This document shows positions 1 through 12,661 of a DNA stretch of 64,000 nucleotides, piece after piece. The notes under the pieces are model-generated. The model was not told where the DNA came from and ran no database searches. It saw only the letters and a list, made by a program, of their open reading frames with translations. This stretch comes from Octopus sinensis (taxonomy: Eukaryota): assembly GCF_006345805.1 (NCBI RefSeq), contig NC_043000.1, forward strand, positions 128,092,001 to 128,156,000. The letters run 5' to 3'. Position numbers and translations under genes: made by a program. How positions within the stretch are numbered: the stretch's first letter is position 1; each line of letters begins with the position of its first letter.

Positions 1-1044
1 CTATTATTATAAGACATGGTATGAAATCAATTTTCCACCATGTGTAATATCTTTTTTAAACATTTTATGGTGGGGAAGTACAACAGGAAGTCTTTCCAAT
101 CAATAAACCTTTCTTTTTCAAGAAAAAATTAAATAAATTATATTTTCATGTGAGCTAAAACAAAATCAATCAGGTTTTATGTTATCAACATTGAGCAGTA
201 AATTTCTTTTTATATAACTGGAAAAAAATATAACGATAATAATTGTTTGTTTCATTTCATATTTTATCAATTTACTTATCTGGACATTCAATGTTTTAGA
301 AAGAAAAATATATGAATTGAAATGTTTTGTTTTTTTTTACTGTAGAAGTTATTGTTGATTGGTGGCATTTTAAATAAGCAAATTTTGTGTGATTAACAAA
401 GAAAAAAATGAATTTGAAGAATTGGTTGAGTTAAAAAAATTAAATTTTTCAATAAAAGGCAACCCATTCTTAAAATTTATTTTTTCATTTCTAGCCATTT
501 AAATTTTTCTATTCCTTTAATATATATGTTTTCATCATTTACTTCTGTTATTATATTCCCACTGAATTTTGCAGTAGCATTGCAGGTAAATGATCTGAGG
601 AAAGAAAAATTCGATTAAACAAAAGGGGAGATAAACGAGTAGGAATTTGCCAATTGATTGTGTTTACTGCACAAAGCAAGGAAAAGGTATAAGGTAAAAG
701 AAGTTATTTAGATTAAACACATGTAAATGCCTTGCTGAACATTCCTTGTATCACATAGATTGATACAGTAGACAACCTTGTTAGCTGTTACTGTTTCTTG
801 TAAAGAGAACTTTATATTTTCTTTTAAATAAAAATGGTATCAAATGAATTGTTAGTTTTCTTTCGTCCTCATCACAAACTCAATGGCATTTTTTAAGAAA
901 TACCTGAGAATGTTTATAATTAAATAGCTTTGAACATAAATTTTTACATCATTTACTTATATTTTTACCTCCCAACTGAATTTTGCTTAAGCACATACAC
1001 ACTCCTTGTTTTTAAAATCATTAAGTATTACTTTAGAACATTGC

Positions 1045-1248
1045 TTAACCCTCTAGCATTCTGATTACTCTGACAAATGTAATGCTTATTTATTGACATC
1101 GTGTATTATCTCATAGCTTGAAGATTTTGATGATATAATTGTATATTTTTAAAATGTAGGGTAGGTGTGAGAAACCAGATCTGACTGGTTTGAACATAAA
1201 ACAGAATATTTGGGCCTGATATGGACAGTTTAAATGCTAAAGGGTTAA
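1045..1248. mobile_element. piggyBac-like MITE (TTAA-flanked)
   Basis: TTAA|CCCTCTAGCATT ... AATGCTAAAGGG|TTAA termini; related copies at 50344-50556 and 57786-58014. Confidence 0.7.
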
Positions 1249-2394
1249 ACAGCAATGCAATTTCATGACTTTGTTTGTGTGGAGTTTAAGATGTTTGTAA
1301 TAACATTACCACAAGAATCAGAAATGAAATCAAAAGTGTGAGCTTGAAGCAGTCATTTTTGCATGTATCATTCACAAAGGGTTTTAAACAGAAGAACATA
1401 AGGATAAGCATCTTCTTCATTACATATTTCAAAAAATATTCGGACAGTAGATATCTTAAAAAAAAAAAAGGCTCAGTTTACCAGCTGATGATCAGAAATT
1501 AGTAACTCTGACTACTGGAAATTGAAGCCTTTCAGTTATAATGTATTATATAAGTTAATGGAGCTGTGACACTGAACAGCTTCAATATGAATATATTTTT
1601 GTAGCCCAAGTCTTGTTCACATTTCAGAAGCACCTTGTTTTGATATTAAGTATTAGTTTATGAAAATTACCACCACAATGAGACTATGGGACAAGAAAAT
1701 ACTTCAGCATTTGATCAGTTACTGACATTCTATAAAGCTCAAGTTCAACCAACATGATGCTTCTGCTACTCTCTCTCTCTCTTTCACACAAACAAGCTGG
1801 ATGACATTCAAAAATGGTGATTTGGTTGATTGCTAAATAACATTAGTTCAAACATACTGCCTTTTCTTTCTACCTGCTCTACAATAATCTGTACTCCTTT
1901 AACCTAACAAACTGCATACAAGTTCCAGCTAATCTCACCCAAATGGGTCTATCTCTGTTCCTCTCATCACTCTTTAGATCTTAATCCTTCTCAGAACTAC
2001 AATCCTGTGGAATTCCTTTCTCCAAACCATCTTATCACATGTAGATATTTATCTAAAGTCATACAAGCTGAATTATTAGTTTTCCAGTTTCAAAGAGACT
2101 ACAAACACCATGGGTTATAGTATCCCCTCTCTTTGATTAATTAAAAGGGCAAAAAATAAAACATTCCACTAAGATCCAGTGAGCAGATCAATATAAAAAT
2201 TTTACACACAAATGTAAAAGAAAAATACAGTCTATGGTATTAAGAAATAAAACGGTTGAAACTGGAACCATTTTGTATTCCAATGGCTTTAAAATTCCAT
2301 TAATTTCTTTTTTTGATAAGTTGCAATGTCAATAATATGTATAGAGGAACTATGCTCAACAGAATCACACTCAATATATATTACATGTTAATAA

Positions 2395-2570
2395 GGTGGC
2401 AAGCTGGCAAAATTGTTAGCACATCAGGCAAAATGCTTAGGGGTATTTCATCTATGTTCTGAGTTCAAATTCACCAAGGTCAACTTTGTCTTTCATTCAT
2501 TCAGGGTTAATAAAAAAATAAGTACCAGTAGAGTACTGGGCTTGAAATAATTGACTTGCCCCTCCCCAAA
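2395..2570 (+). mobile_element. tRNA-derived SINE, degenerate copy
   Basis: A-box-like GGCAAGCTGGCAAAATTGTTAGCA and B-box-like GTTCAAATTC; homologous to the reverse complement of 3171-3404. Confidence 0.7.
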
Positions 2571-3170
2571 ATTTGAAACCAATATATTACACGTTAATTA
2601 TATTGACAATCCTGGAAGAATGATGAATAAAGCTGTCCCAGTTAGACTTGGACTAAGAACAGTCAGACACCAAAGTAGATACAATAATGAATCTAGTACA
2701 GTGTTTCATTAGCCGCATCACCATGACTTCAAAGCAATATCAATGGAAGAGATGGCAGTATTTATCACAACATCTGCAATCCCTACCAGACTGGTGAAAT
2801 CAATGCAATTGCAAAAACAAACAAAATCAGAATGTTCCAGAAGGGCTGTAATTCTGAATAGGAAATCTTAAGCAAAATGTATTGTGCAACCAACTTTCTC
2901 TCTTTTCCTTACTCTCAGAAAAACAACCAGTAAGAGCCCAGAATGTCACATTTTTTGCTCCTCATGCCAGATGAAGTGACTGAACTCTTCCACAAATTTT
3001 GCTATGGAGTAATTGTTATTAATACAAATTATCACCAGTTCCTCAAATTCCAGATTTCACACTGCTTTGTATAAAGTGAGACACAGTAGAAATAATGAAT
3101 GGAGGATAGATTAGGGCATTGAGTGGATTTTAGGAGAGATTTATCTGTTCAAAGGAGCAGAAGTATTATA

Positions 3171-3404
3171 TATTTCTTTACTACCCACAAGTGGCTAAAC
3201 ACAGAGGAGACAAACAAGGACAGACAAACGGATTAAGTCGATTACATCGACCCCAGTGTATAACTGGTACTTCATTTATCGACCCCGAAAGGATGAAAGC
3301 AAAGTCAACCTCGGCGGAATTTGAACTCAGAACGTAACAGCAGACGAGATACGGCTACTCATTTCGCCCGGCGTGCTAACGTTTCTGCCAGCTCGCCGCC
3401 TTAC
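3171..3404 (-). mobile_element. tRNA-derived SINE with 19-bp target-site duplication
   Basis: Minus strand reads GGCGGCGAGCTGGCAGAAACGTTAGCA...GTTCAAATTCC (A/B boxes); AAGGAGCAGAAGTATTATA occurs at both 3152-3170 and 3405-3423. Confidence 0.85.
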
Positions 3405-4311
3405 AAGGAGCAGAAGTATTATAAAAATGATAGAAGGAAAACATTGTCTTTCTCTTTATGTGAGTATGTATGCTTGGACAAAACGAAACAGCATATAACA
3501 GTCAATGAGAGAAAGGGATAGCATGGCTGTGTGGTTGACAAGTTTACTCTGCAACCATGATTTCGTTGATAGAATAACACAAATGTGTAGCTTACAAAAT
3601 AAATAAAAGTACATTTTCCAGCTGTCCATACACACACACACAATCATTTTATGTCCACTTTTATATATATACATACACACACATAAATTTTAAGGCCATT
3701 TTTCATTATAATAGGAGTTAGCCTTGCAGGCTCCATGAGATTCTTTCATTTTACCCCTGTACTCTACATCCCCCATAACCTACACCCTTGCATTCATTTT
3801 CTCCTCTATCATTTTTAGCCATATATTTCTGTCTTCCCCACATTCATTTCCATCTCTTCTATCACCCAGTCATCTTCTTCCTTCCTCAGCCAACTCATCC
3901 CATTTCTCTTCACCTTATCCATCATGGACTCTATTCCAATAATTATTTGTAATTCATTTTCTGTTTTCTTCTCACCAAATCATTCCCATTTCCATTCTTC
4001 CCAGCTTTATTTGTTGCTTCTTATTCATTTCCTATATCTCACTCATGTACCTGCTGTGTACATCTTACTCTTCAGTTTCAGTGAGGTTTCTCCTCGTTAG
4101 CATGCAACATGTCACTTCAGTAACAAAAATTTCTTACACTGTCCATCTTCACATTATTTCCAAGTTCCAGCTAGACAGTTTCTCCATGTGCAACTCCCTC
4201 TATACACACTTTATCAGCTAATAACCATTACACCATTACATTACCCATGAACCCATGTAAATTTATATATATATAGTAATCTGATGCACATGCAAAATAT
4301 ATATTTACTCA

Positions 4312-5160
4312 ACATCATCATTTAACGTCCATGTTCCATGCTGGCATGGATTGGATGGTTTGACAAGACACAATGAGCCCAAGGACCAAATGACCAAGAA
4401 AAAAATGTCATCCACAGAACAAGTATTACTTCTTGTGAAGACTGAAGCCAGCCATATTGCAATTCCTTCAGAAGCCAGTACATAATAGACTTTACATGAC
4501 TGAAGTGGTACAACTGGAGAGGGTACACATTTTGCTTGAATTATTTTGACAATACGCAAGTATTGTCTTACAATTGCAGCACAACTAAGCCCTAAACATT
4601 TTCACAAATATGTTAAAACAGCACTGCAGCATGATCAGTGTGAGTACAACTGACAAAGTGCACTTTGTGGTTTTCAACTAGAAAGACGACAAATGACATC
4701 ACGAGGAAAGGAAAGCCAAAACACAAAATTTTGAATGGTGAAAAGGATGAAGGTGTAGATGGATTTGTTGAGGCACTTGTGGTCTCATTCTAAAAACCAA
4801 ACAACACCCAGATTTCATGGAGTGGTCATATTTGAAAAAAAAGAGGTGTCCTTTTGCCAAGTTGAGTGTGTCACAAGAAGGCAATATGGACTGGACTTAC
4901 AAAAGTAAGTATTTCTAGTATCATCATCATCATCAACATCAATTAGCCTCCGTTTTCCATGCTGGCATGGGTTAGATGGTTTTACTGGTAAGCTGGCATG
5001 GGTCAGATGGTTTTACTGGTACAGTTCCAGTTCCAGGCTCCAGTCTGATATGCTTTGATTTCTACAGCTGGATGCTCTTCCTAATGCCGACCATTCCAAA
5101 AGTGTAGTGAGTGCTTTTTATGTGTCACTGGCACTGACCACCACTATGATTTCACTTGGT
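4312..5160 (-). mobile_element. Two fragments carrying the RTE-type 3' tail
   Basis: (ATC)n followed by TTCCATGCTGGCATGG at ~4312 and ~4921, the reverse complement of the 3' ends at 11545-11581 and 17190-17218. Confidence 0.55.
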
Positions 5161-6781
5161 TCGCAAGCACAGCAAATCACCAAAAGTCATGATCATTCGT
5201 CAACACTTCTGTGAGACCCAACAGCTGAAGATGATAGTGTATATGATGTGCAAGAATAATAGTGCACAGTACTTGCAGTAGACTGTTATGGATTTGGAGT
5301 TAGATCCACAATGTTCCACCTCACTGGCATTGGATTGAGAAAGGATAATAAAACAGTGATTGATGATTTGTAGAGGGAAGCAGAGAATGTCTCATCATAG
5401 AAGGGACATGTACCTGAAAGATCATCCCCAGCCAGTGACAGAATGAAATACACACTACATGACTAGGGTAGTAGCAGATTTCCTTAGTTTACTGTGGTAA
5501 CTTCATATATATCAGAAAAAGTAAAAACATGCTCTGATGTGGGTCCAATGGATCCATACAGTCCATGATACCATCAATGCAACTTAATATTGCTGGAGGG
5601 AGTAATACAGTCAGCAAAGTGCTAAAATCATTGTTGTATATATATATACACACACACACAAGCATATATAGTCACAAAAACATATACATATATAGAGAGA
5701 GAGAAGAGATAAAAGACATGCATATAAGACTTTCTTGAACCAGTATGCAGGTATATGTGCACATAAGGTTGACAGTTTGAATTGTAGCAGGTTACTTAGT
5801 TTGGAGATAAAAATATAAATAGCAAATAGGTAGATTCTAGGGTGGTGCAACTGTGGGATAGGATTTGTGGAAGATATTCAGTACAGAATCTGGATGATGA
5901 TTAGAAGGGAAGTAGTTAAATTAAATAAGTCAAGATAAGAATGAAAACTTCAAAAAAGATTGTTGAGAGGGTACAAGAGGTAGAGTGAACACAGCTTGAG
6001 TGTGGGTCATGATGTGTGAAAAGCAATGTTGAGTAAAGGCTCGCACTCTAGGATGTGTTTGTATGTGCACAGTGGTTGCTTCATCCTACAATTCTGATTG
6101 TGTGACATGCAGGACATTTCTCAAGGCATTAAGGATTTGAAGTGAAACAACTTCAACCACAAGCACATATGTTAAGGATATATTAACTGCTAAGACATTA
6201 ATGTAAATGATATTAGACATTATAAACCCTACTTTTATATCAGTGGATCTGTTGCTTTTTTTTCTTTTTCAAATTCGTGTTTTTAATATTTAATATCATT
6301 TACAGTTGTGAAGGCTTTACTTTTACCTTTCACATGTTAGTGTAAATCCATCTTAAAAAGAAATATAACCTATGTCATAAATAAAATGGACCAATGTTTT
6401 CTTTTGATATACTAAAGACCTTGTAATAATTTTGTCTTATCCTTGTCTTCATTCTCCTTTTAATGAGGTTTCAAGTGAGGTGAACCAAGCTTTTACAAAC
6501 CTTAAGAAACCAAATCAAATGATGGTTATCCCTCACACACATATTTCTTCTTCATTTCAAAAATGAAATACAATACTAATAATGGTATTGGTAACATACA
6601 ACAAGTGATATTATTTCGACATAGAATCGAAACCAGTACACAAGACTGACTCCTTGAAAGTTAATCTCTTTTGTATATTCCCACCCACTAACTAAAAACA
6701 ATAATAATCACTTCAAAATCAACAAAACTTTTATATAATAAAACCTCTTTTTCTGATTTCTTCTTTTTCTTTAGTAACTTA

Positions 6782-8152
6782 TCACAGAAAAAAATCGACA
6801 TCGTGGAAATCATCATCGATATCAACTCCTTCAAAAAGCCGGTTAAAGCATGGACTGGCACTCGAACTGAAATGTATGTAAGGCGAATTCCTCGGTAATG
6901 TTTCCATGCACAACCAACAAAAGAATGCATTGCATTTGGAGCAAACCATCTTGTTGCAACCATCTATTTTCTGGATGTGAGTGTTACAATGAGGGCATTG
7001 CTTGCTGTGTTGCTCAAGCCATTCTTGTGAGAAAGACTCATCAACAATATCCTGTAAATGTTTTTTGCCAAAACGTTTTTCCAAAATATGCTTGTTTTCA
7101 GCATCAGCATTCAAATATTCATCTTTCAACTTCTGTCGATCCTCAGATTTCATTTTACAGTTAGATAAACCATGGTATGTTAACCTACAGAGACTACAAA
7201 ATACCAGGTTGCAACTGGGGCAATTGCCTATATTACAACCACGGTCTAAAATGACAGGCTGGCCACAAGCTGGACGAGGGCAGTATACTAAGTCTGTCAT
7301 TGTCTGAAGACCTAACTGTAAGAGTAGGTAGTCATATCTGGAGAAGACATCGGGGTCCACAAGTGACTTAACTTGAGATGGATGAATTTTAGATTCACAT
7401 TTGTCCGTTGGGCATTGTAATCCATTAATATTTCCGTCTTTTATATTGATAGTAAAATATTCTTTCATACAGTCTTTGCAGAAAACATGTTCGCAGCCAT
7501 CAAGCTTAATACACTTTGAACCTAGTTTATCACAGAAGCAAATGTTGCAAGTAAACAAAGTTTTTGAAAATTGTCTCTGATTTTCCTGGTTGTTGTAATC
7601 AAGAATAGTTGGTAACAATAAATCCTGAGAAGCTATGTCTTGTATTCCGCGAGGATCGAACTGACTGTCTGTATCTTCGCTATGTTTAGTACCAACCGAA
7701 TTACTTACCACGCTTGATAGATCTAAGGGAACTTTTAACCCGAGCAAATCGAACGTTTCATTTTCAAGAACGTCAAACCAAAGAAATAACACTACCATGC
7801 CATTATTTTCCTGATAGACTTGGTCAAGCCGCTTACATAATACATCGAGTTGGCTCTTAGAAAGCCACTTGCAGGAAAGTGTGAAGATAGGTGCATGGTG
7901 AGAAGGATAACCTGTAGGAAGTTGAAAGTTGAGAACAAGAGGCGGCAAGTGTTTGATATGATTGAGTTTTTCGGTGATATTAGCCGATGCCGAATCACTA
8001 TCGCTGCTTTGTATTTTGACACTGAACGGTTGAGGTAGCTTCAATTTGGCAACAAACTGACCACCGTAGTCATCAAGTGAAGGTAGAAATATATCCTCTT
8101 CATAGATGCTGCTTATAGCAACTAGTTCTTCAGCTCGTTCATCGTTGTCCAT
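6782..8152 (-). CDS. RNF14: E3 ubiquitin ligase RNF14 (RWD + RING1-IBR-RING2), 456 aa, CDS without introns
   Basis: N-terminal RWD with YPxxxP (YPSHHAP); RING1 CNIC..CEHVFC..C..CPTDKC; IBR CPRPAC..CPSC..FC..C..YHG..C; RING2 CPHC..IQKIDGCNKMVCSKC..FCWLC with the catalytic Cys; acidic C-terminus. First in-frame ATG is at 8152. Confidence 0.95.
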   Translation of the reverse strand: MDNDERAEELVAISSIYEEDIFLPSLDDYGGQFVAKLKLPQPFSVKIQSSDSDSASANITEKLNHIKHLPPLVLNFQLPTGYPSHHAPIFTLSCKWLSKSQLDVLCKRLDQVYQENNGMVVLFLWFDVLENETFDLLGLKVPLDLSSVVSNSVGTKHSEDTDSQFDPRGIQDIASQDLLLPTILDYNNQENQRQFSKTLFTCNICFCDKLGSKCIKLDGCEHVFCKDCMKEYFTINIKDGNINGLQCPTDKCESKIHPSQVKSLVDPDVFSRYDYLLLQLGLQTMTDLVYCPRPACGQPVILDRGCNIGNCPSCNLVFCSLCRLTYHGLSNCKMKSEDRQKLKDEYLNADAENKHILEKRFGKKHLQDIVDESFSQEWLEQHSKQCPHCNTHIQKIDGCNKMVCSKCNAFFCWLCMETLPRNSPYIHFSSSASPCFNRLFEGVDIDDDFHDVDFFL

Positions 8153-8900
8153 TTCGAAATGCGAGTCAAACAAAAAATATCTAGCATTCGAAAAGTATGT
8201 TTATTTATGAGCTGCCTTACTTTTTGCTTGTTTGTTTTTCTTTAATTATGTTCTTACATATACATACAAATGATGGTACTCACGAAAACAAGTTCACGAG
8301 TGAAGAAACAGCATATTTTATAAAGAATTCAGAGGAGCTTCTGCGAATAAACCACGTTGCTGAAAACAAGTAACGGAGACACTCCCCCTGCAGTGGTAGT
8401 TTCGTCAAAAAAGTTATTAACTTTTTTTTTTACATTAAATTAATAATGATCACAACCATTATTATTATTTCTCTGTCATAATCAACTATTTATCGAATGT
8501 TTTATAGATATAGACTATCTTAATTTTGTAGCTTACAATTTCCAAGTAGTCTTTGTTATATTTTGTTTTGTTTAAGCAGCTGATAAGTTTAAGAAAATGT
8601 TTTTGGTCAAAGTCAGCTGGGTTTCGTGATTCATAAAGCTTATTAAAGCTACAATAGAAAATTACGTTTTTAAGTTAAATTGGACAAACTAAGTAAACAA
8701 CTTTCTATTTAGTTAGTTAGTTTCATGCCAGAGTGAGAGGGAGAGAGATAGCAATTCTCATATTTTGCTTTTCGTGAAGCAAGCAAACCAGCCGGATGTG
8801 ATCCGTTGAGAGAAAAAGAGAAAGCGGAACTTGAATTGTTTATCTTTCTTAAGAACGGTATCGATGTAACTATAACCATTCCTATTAAGGATTGAAACCT
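8153..8900 (-). promoter_or_regulatory. Probable RNF14 5' UTR and promoter region
   Basis: Unique, relatively CpG-rich sequence directly upstream of the ATG; Ets-like CCGGATGT at 8792-8799 and DRE-like TATCGATG at 8859-8866; TSS cannot be located. Confidence 0.4.
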
Positions 8901-9469
8901 TATTCGTTTTTTTCTGTATGATAATATTTACACAAATGATTTTTTTTTAATAGATTGTTTTAAAGATTTCAAATTTATTGTAGATGTAGAAATAAGGAGA
9001 TAAGGCGTTCATGACATTCTCGAAAGTACTAAGGACATTGATAACTGGCGTAGTTTAAACAGGAATCGAATCTAGCTCAGGAATAACCTTCTCACAACAG
9101 CAACGTATCTATCTCTTTTACACACACACATTATTGTAGACAGTATAAAAGATACACAGACACACACACACACACAAAAACTAATGAACTTCTCAAGAAT
9201 ACAATTTAGCAAAGTAAAGCAACAATTACGGTTTAAAAAATAGATAAATAAAAGAAAGGGGAAAAAAGGTATGTACACCCCATCAATTATATATTGCTGC
9301 ACGAAATACAGGGCTTTTAACTCAAAATACAGCATTACCACTTGTTATAATGAGGTTCATGCGCTGCAAGAGCCAAGTACATGAGAAGCTTCAAACGCTC
9401 ACACACACACACGCACAGTACATCTATTTCTCCTGATTGACTACATAGTCAATAAAGTAGTACAGGGTG

Positions 9470-11580
9470 GTGTCATTCCATGACCGACAATGTGGTCATC
9501 AACTGCTACAAGAAAGATGCAGTTATAAAGACACCAAGTTGATGAATGAAGTTTTTGAAAGACTTAGCACAACTGATTAGGAAGAGAATTAGTTTATGAG
9601 GACATGCTACAGATGCTTTCTTCCTAGTGGAAATACTGCTGGAGAAATATTTATCTAGGAGTAATTTGCAATATCTAGCAGTCATTGACCTGGAAAAGGC
9701 GTTTGACAAGTTTTCACACTCTGTAATCTGGTGGTCTTTAAGAAAACTAAGGGTATGTAAATAGTAATAGAGGGCAATGCATGCTATGTACAGAGGTGCA
9801 GTCTGCAAGTAGAGAGTAATGAGTTCAGAATAGAATTTATGGGGCAGGTAAAAGTTAATCAAGGCTTAATTCTCAGCTTTCTCCTGTTTACTCCAGTTGT
9901 CCACAGAAACTGTACATTGATCAGTAAGTTCTTACAGCTGAATCTTTAGATTTTAAAATGATTTTCCATATGTATATGAAATACTTAGCCAAAGATAAAC
10001 CTCTGTACCTGGCTTTCGTTGACATGGAGAAAGCCTTTGACAGGGTCCCCCAATCCCTTATCTGGTAGTCAATGAGGAAACTAGGGATAGATGGATGGTT
10101 AGTGAGAGCTGTGCAAGCCATGTACAGGGACGCTATCTGTAAGGTGAGGGTTGGCAACAAGTACAGTGAAGAATTCCAGGTAGCGGTAGGGGTCCACCAA
10201 GGCTCAGTCCTTAGCCCCCTCCTATTTATCATAGTCCTCCAGGCAATAACAGAGGAATTCAAGACAGGATGCCCCTGGGAGCTCTTCTATGCTGAAAACC
10301 TTGCTGTAATTGCTGAGTCACTATCAGAACTGGAGGAGAAGTTTCAAGTGTGGAAACAAGGATTAGAATCGAAGGGCCTTAGAGTCAACCTAGCTAAAAC
10401 CAAAGTCCTAATAAGTAGGAAGGCTGGCAAACCACAAATCCCTTCAGATAGTTGGCCCTGCTCGATCTGTAGAAAAGGCGTAGGTAGAAACTCCATAAAA
10501 TGTACCCAGTGTAAGCTATAGACACATAAGAGGTGCAGCAATATCAAAGGAAGGCTAACTGGGAAGATAGTTTTTTGCTTTTTCTGTGGCAGATGCTCTA
10601 ACAATAAACACTGAAAATGTGCAAAGAACAACTTCTGCCACATTCCAGGAAGAAAAACTAGAAGTAGTTGATATCTTCCATTACCTAGTCAGTAGTGGGG
10701 GAGGGTGCACTGAAAGTGTAGCTGCTAGAATAAGAATAGAATGGGCAAAGTTCAGAGAGAGCTTATCTCTGCTGGTGACAAAGGGCTTCTCGCTCAGAGT
10801 AAAAGGTAGACTGTATGACGCATGTGTATGAACAGCCATGCTACATGACAGTGAAACATGGGCTGTGACTGCTGAGGACATGCATAAGCTCACAAGTAAT
10901 GAAGCCAGTATGCTCTGATGGGTGTGTAATGTCAGTGTGCATACGTGACAGAGTGTAAACACTCTGAAAGAAAAGTTGGATTTAAGAAGCATCAGATGTG
11001 TGCAAGAGAGACGACTGTGCTGGTATGGCCATGTGGTGAGAATGGATGTGGATAGCTGTGTGAAAAAGTGCCACACCCTAGCAGTTGAGGGAACCTGTGG
11101 AAGAGGTAGACCCAGGAAAACCTGGGATGAAGTGGTGAAGAATGACCTTCAAACATTGGGCCTCACCGAGGCAATGACTAGTGACTGGGACCTTTGGAAA
11201 TATGCTATGCTTGAGAAGACTTGGCAAGCCAAGTGAGACCATAACCTCATGGCCTATGCCAGGGGTGTAACCAACTTACTTATGCATACCTTTCCTTCAT
11301 TGGACACTAAACTCTGCTTGTGAAGACCTGTTGAGGCAAGTGAAATTGAAATCGAAATCAAATTCGATGGCTGGCATCTGTGCTAGTGGAGCACTAAGAG
11401 TACCATCTGAGCATGATCATTGCCAGAGCAACAAACTGGCTTCCGTGCCGGTGACACGTAAAAAGCACCATTCAAGTGTGATCATTACCTGCTTCAGCCA
11501 TCTGGTTTGCCAGGCGTCAGTCAAATCATCTAACCCATGCTAGCATGGAAAGCGGACGTAAAACGATGATGATGATGATG

Positions 11581-11581
<1 letters not shown>
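9470..11581 (+). mobile_element. Degenerate 5'-truncated RTE-clade LINE (copy 1), preceded by an older fragment
   Basis: AFVDMEKAFDRVP, GVHQGSVLSPLLF, CPWELFYAENL (decayed YADD), GRGRPRKTW; stops and frameshifts; (GAT)n tail at ~11566-11581. Confidence 0.9.
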
Positions 11582-11626
<45 letters not shown>

Positions 11627-11783
11627 AAATATTAGGGAATAAATCCAAACTTACAGGGAAAAATCAGATTTAGGATTGAATCCAATTTTATAGTAAAATA
11701 TTATATTATATTAAATTAGAGATAAAACCACTATTAGGCAAATCATACAATGAAAAACTTAAGCCAATACATAAGATTAATTA

Positions 11784-12063
11784 ATTTATATTATTTTTAA
11801 TATATATCAAAATTATTAAAAAAAGATAATTAGTATAACACTATGATCGTTTTATGGCTGTCCAATTCGTAAAAATTCGATTTACAGTCATTCTTCAGGT
11901 GATTGAAATATTTAACTTAAACCTCGCCAAGTTAAATATTTCAATCACCTGAAGAATGACTGTAAATAGAATTTTTACGAATTGGACAGCCATGAAACGA
12001 TCGTAGTGTTATACTAATTATCTTTTTTTAATAATTTTGATATATATTAAAAATAATATAAAT
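11784..12063. repeat. Palindrome with 135-bp arms and 10-nt loop; Penelope-like element end
   Basis: Arms 11784-11918 and 11929-12063 are reverse complements with 3 mismatches; contains a hammerhead motif. Confidence 0.85.
11946..12008 (+). ncRNA. Minimal type I hammerhead ribozyme motif
   Basis: CAC-CUGAAGA(11949-55)-stem II AUGACUGU/ACAGCCAU-GAAA(11994-97)-C-GAUC-GUA(12003-05)-GUG. Confidence 0.65.
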
Positions 12064-12081
12064 ATATATATATATATTATA

Positions 12082-12300
12082 TAAAATCCGTTGTGTCTGT
12101 CTGTGTGTGTGTGTGTGGCTTCTAGGATCTTGGGCATCCTCCATCCGATTGCACTGAAATTTGATATGTAAATACCGAAGGTATTAGGGCATGTATAAGT
12201 CTTGAAAAAATTACAAAACTTGATTCCAGGTGAGAATGCGATCGATAAAGCCATGGGAAATTGTTTTTCTTTGGAATAGAAAAAAGTCTATCTTTATTTC
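12082..12300 (+). mobile_element. 5' part of a non-autonomous Helitron-like element
   Basis: TATAAAATCCGTTGTGTCTGTCTG... is ~180 bp of inverted homology to 14176-14345. Confidence 0.5.
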
Positions 12301-12661
12301 TTCTATTGCTGGTGCCTCAAATTTAGGTTAAATCAGTTTTCCTCAAAGGGGAGGCCTATGGGTCAGTTGGACAAGTTGTTTTGAGAAAATTTGGTTTAGA
12401 TGTTTGACAACTCAGCACCGTCCATTGGAGGGGGAGGCGTTTGCTTGTATGTATATATATATATGCATACATACACACACACGCATATATATATATACAC
12501 ATACACACATATATATACATATACACACATATATATATATACATACACATTCATAAGCATGTACATACATGTTTGTATATATGTTAATAGCTTCAAATTT
12601 AATAGTTTCATTTCTATTAGTTTCACTATCTATACATATACATGTTTGTTTATATGTATAT

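Noticed and set aside
4700-4910. Exon-like stretch ending in a GTAAGT donor
   Set aside because: No recognisable protein in any frame and no partner exons
8153-8173. N-terminal MFDSHFE extension of RNF14 in the ORF track
   Set aside because: It starts at a non-ATG codon; the first true ATG is at 8152 and matches the start of the RWD domain
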